Shown one piece after another: positions 62,578-64,000 of a stretch of DNA of 64,000 bases. The stretch comes from Marsupella aquatica. Its lineage: Eukaryota; Plantae; Marchantiophyta. A program made the translations under genes and the position numbers. The DNA is taken from assembly GCA_973895155.1 (NCBI GenBank), contig OZ316894.1, forward strand, positions 15,182,699-15,246,698, given 5' to 3'. The notes beneath the pieces were generated by a model. The model made no database searches, had not been told where the DNA came from, and saw only the letters and a program-made list of their open reading frames with translations. The stretch's first letter is position 1; each line of letters opens with the position of its first letter.

Positions 62578-62903
62578 TAAGATGAGGACATCTCACACCG
62601 GTCTCGCACCTGGCACCTGTGTCTATGACTATACATGATTGGACTCTGATATGGTCATGGATGTACGTGCAGAGGCAGTACATGTGAGGACAGCGGAGGA
62701 GTTGACACCCTCAAACATTTAGGAATTTTGTCTCATTCACTTGAGAATAGGTACATGACTCAGGCACCTATATTTTTTGTTTTTTTGTTTTTTTGGAACG
62801 TTACGTATTTTGGCAAGTACAGTCGGGGGTGAAATCCTTAACAGGAAGTGTATTTTTCACTTGCATAATAAAATGACAGGGTGCTGAGTGCGTGTGTATA
62901 GTG

Positions 62904-64000
62904 ATGGCTCCAAGGTTGCCTCTTCACAACCCATTTAGGATTAGGCATCATGATTCTAAATTGTGGATGCGTGAACAAGCCCGGGCCGCCCAAGGTAGGA
63001 GTAGGAGGATGAGATGCCCATGCACACAGTGCCAAGGATTCAAGTCGTTGAGTTTGAACACTGTGCACCTTCACCTGCTGCGGCATGAAAGGCACCCTCG
63101 GTGGAGGGTTTGGAATGTACCAGCAGAAGAAGACTCCTCTGATGAAGAGTGGAGAGCTGACTTTGTGGATTCTAATACAGCTAGGCGTAGAGACTACGTA
63201 GAGCAGGACATAGACTGTGCAAAGGATGGTCCTGGGGTCCAACATGAGAACGTGGATGACCAAGATGGAGATGGAGAGGCAGTCACTGAGGACGGTGGGA
63301 TGGATGTCCCAAGAATGGTTCAAGAGATTTTTGAAGACCTTGATGCTTTTTACGACACAGTGGAATCAGAAGAGGACAATGAACCGCAGCCACACATTGG
63401 CGACGGCCAAGCTGAACCTGACTTTGACATTGGGGAAGGTGCAGCAGAGAGGGAGTGGGTGTTTGGGGGCCCAAAACACATCAAAGAAGCTTGCATTCCT
63501 ATCTACGAGGGGTCGAACTGCTCCAAGCTGGGTTTTGTCGTGTTGTTGTTGAACATCTGTGGCAATCACAATGTTCCCAATATATTTGTGATAGAGTTGT
63601 TGACCTTCCTGCGCCGAAATGTGTTACCAGATGGTAATTCAATTCCAAAAACTATGTACGAGGCTAGGAAATTGATGTCTAACCTTGGGCTGAACTATGT
63701 GTCTATTGACGCATGCCCTGATGGGTGTGTTCTCTTTCGCAAAGAGCATGCAGATAAATTGACATGCCCTCATTGTGGTAAGCACAGGTACAAGAATGTA
63801 GGGAAATGTACACACCCTGCCAAGGTTCTTCGTCATTTTCCTCTCATTCCTAGACTACAACGTCTGTTTAGATGCCCTGCCATTTCCAAGCTGATGACAT
63901 GGACTCCTGATAACAAGAGCAGTGATGGCCTGCAGCGTCACATTGGAGATTCCAACCATTGGAAATTTGTTGATGAGAGGTGGCCACAGTTTGCTGCAGA
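62904..64000 (+). CDS. CACTA/En-Spm transposase (TnpD, Transposase_21), 5' part; runs off the window
   Basis: Open from ATG 62904 to the window end: CPCTQC (transposase-associated domain), LPDGNSIPKTMYEARK, IDACPDGCVLF, CPHCGKHRY, KVLRHFPLIPRLQRLF, DSNHWKFVD. Confidence 0.93.
   Translation, partial: MAPRLPLHNPFRIRHHDSKLWMREQARAAQGRSRRMRCPCTQCQGFKSLSLNTVHLHLLRHERHPRWRVWNVPAEEDSSDEEWRADFVDSNTARRRDYVEQDIDCAKDGPGVQHENVDDQDGDGEAVTEDGGMDVPRMVQEIFEDLDAFYDTVESEEDNEPQPHIGDGQAEPDFDIGEGAAEREWVFGGPKHIKEACIPIYEGSNCSKLGFVVLLLNICGNHNVPNIFVIELLTFLRRNVLPDGNSIPKTMYEARKLMSNLGLNYVSIDACPDGCVLFRKEHADKLTCPHCGKHRYKNVGKCTHPAKVLRHFPLIPRLQRLFRCPAISKLMTWTPDNKSSDGLQRHIGDSNHWKFVDERWPQFAA

Overview
Eukaryotic nuclear DNA, most likely from a non-seed land plant (inferred from intron style and TE lineages). 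The window is dominated by nested transposons around one host gene, a spliced ycf45-like AAA+ gene at 19433-23968. Main contents: (1) an intact, very recent Bianca-like Ty1/copia element (284-6076) inserted into a kinase-like pseudogene; (2) a complete 10.7-kb Mutator-like element (8053-18790, 9-bp TSD) with a GCM-MULE-SWIM transposase and a divergent cargo gene fusing a ParB/Srx-like domain to a beta-class N4C/N6A DNA-methyltransferase-like domain; (3) two more decayed copies of that cargo gene from a sister family, plus a related MITE; (4) two ~4.7-kb TG...CA elements with 5-bp TSDs (giant solo-LTR-like) encoding a ~1200-aa PMD-like/coiled-coil protein; (5) several LINEs, Copia/Gypsy remnants and an Ulp1 remnant; (6) a CACTA transposase preceded by EDM2-like PHD, tandem BRCT and F-box-like ORFs. 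The best candidate for an undescribed system is the MULE-borne ParB-MTase-like gene together with family-specific 18-19 bp palindromes in the non-coding parts of each element. All domain calls come from motif recognition by eye and have not been checked against databases.
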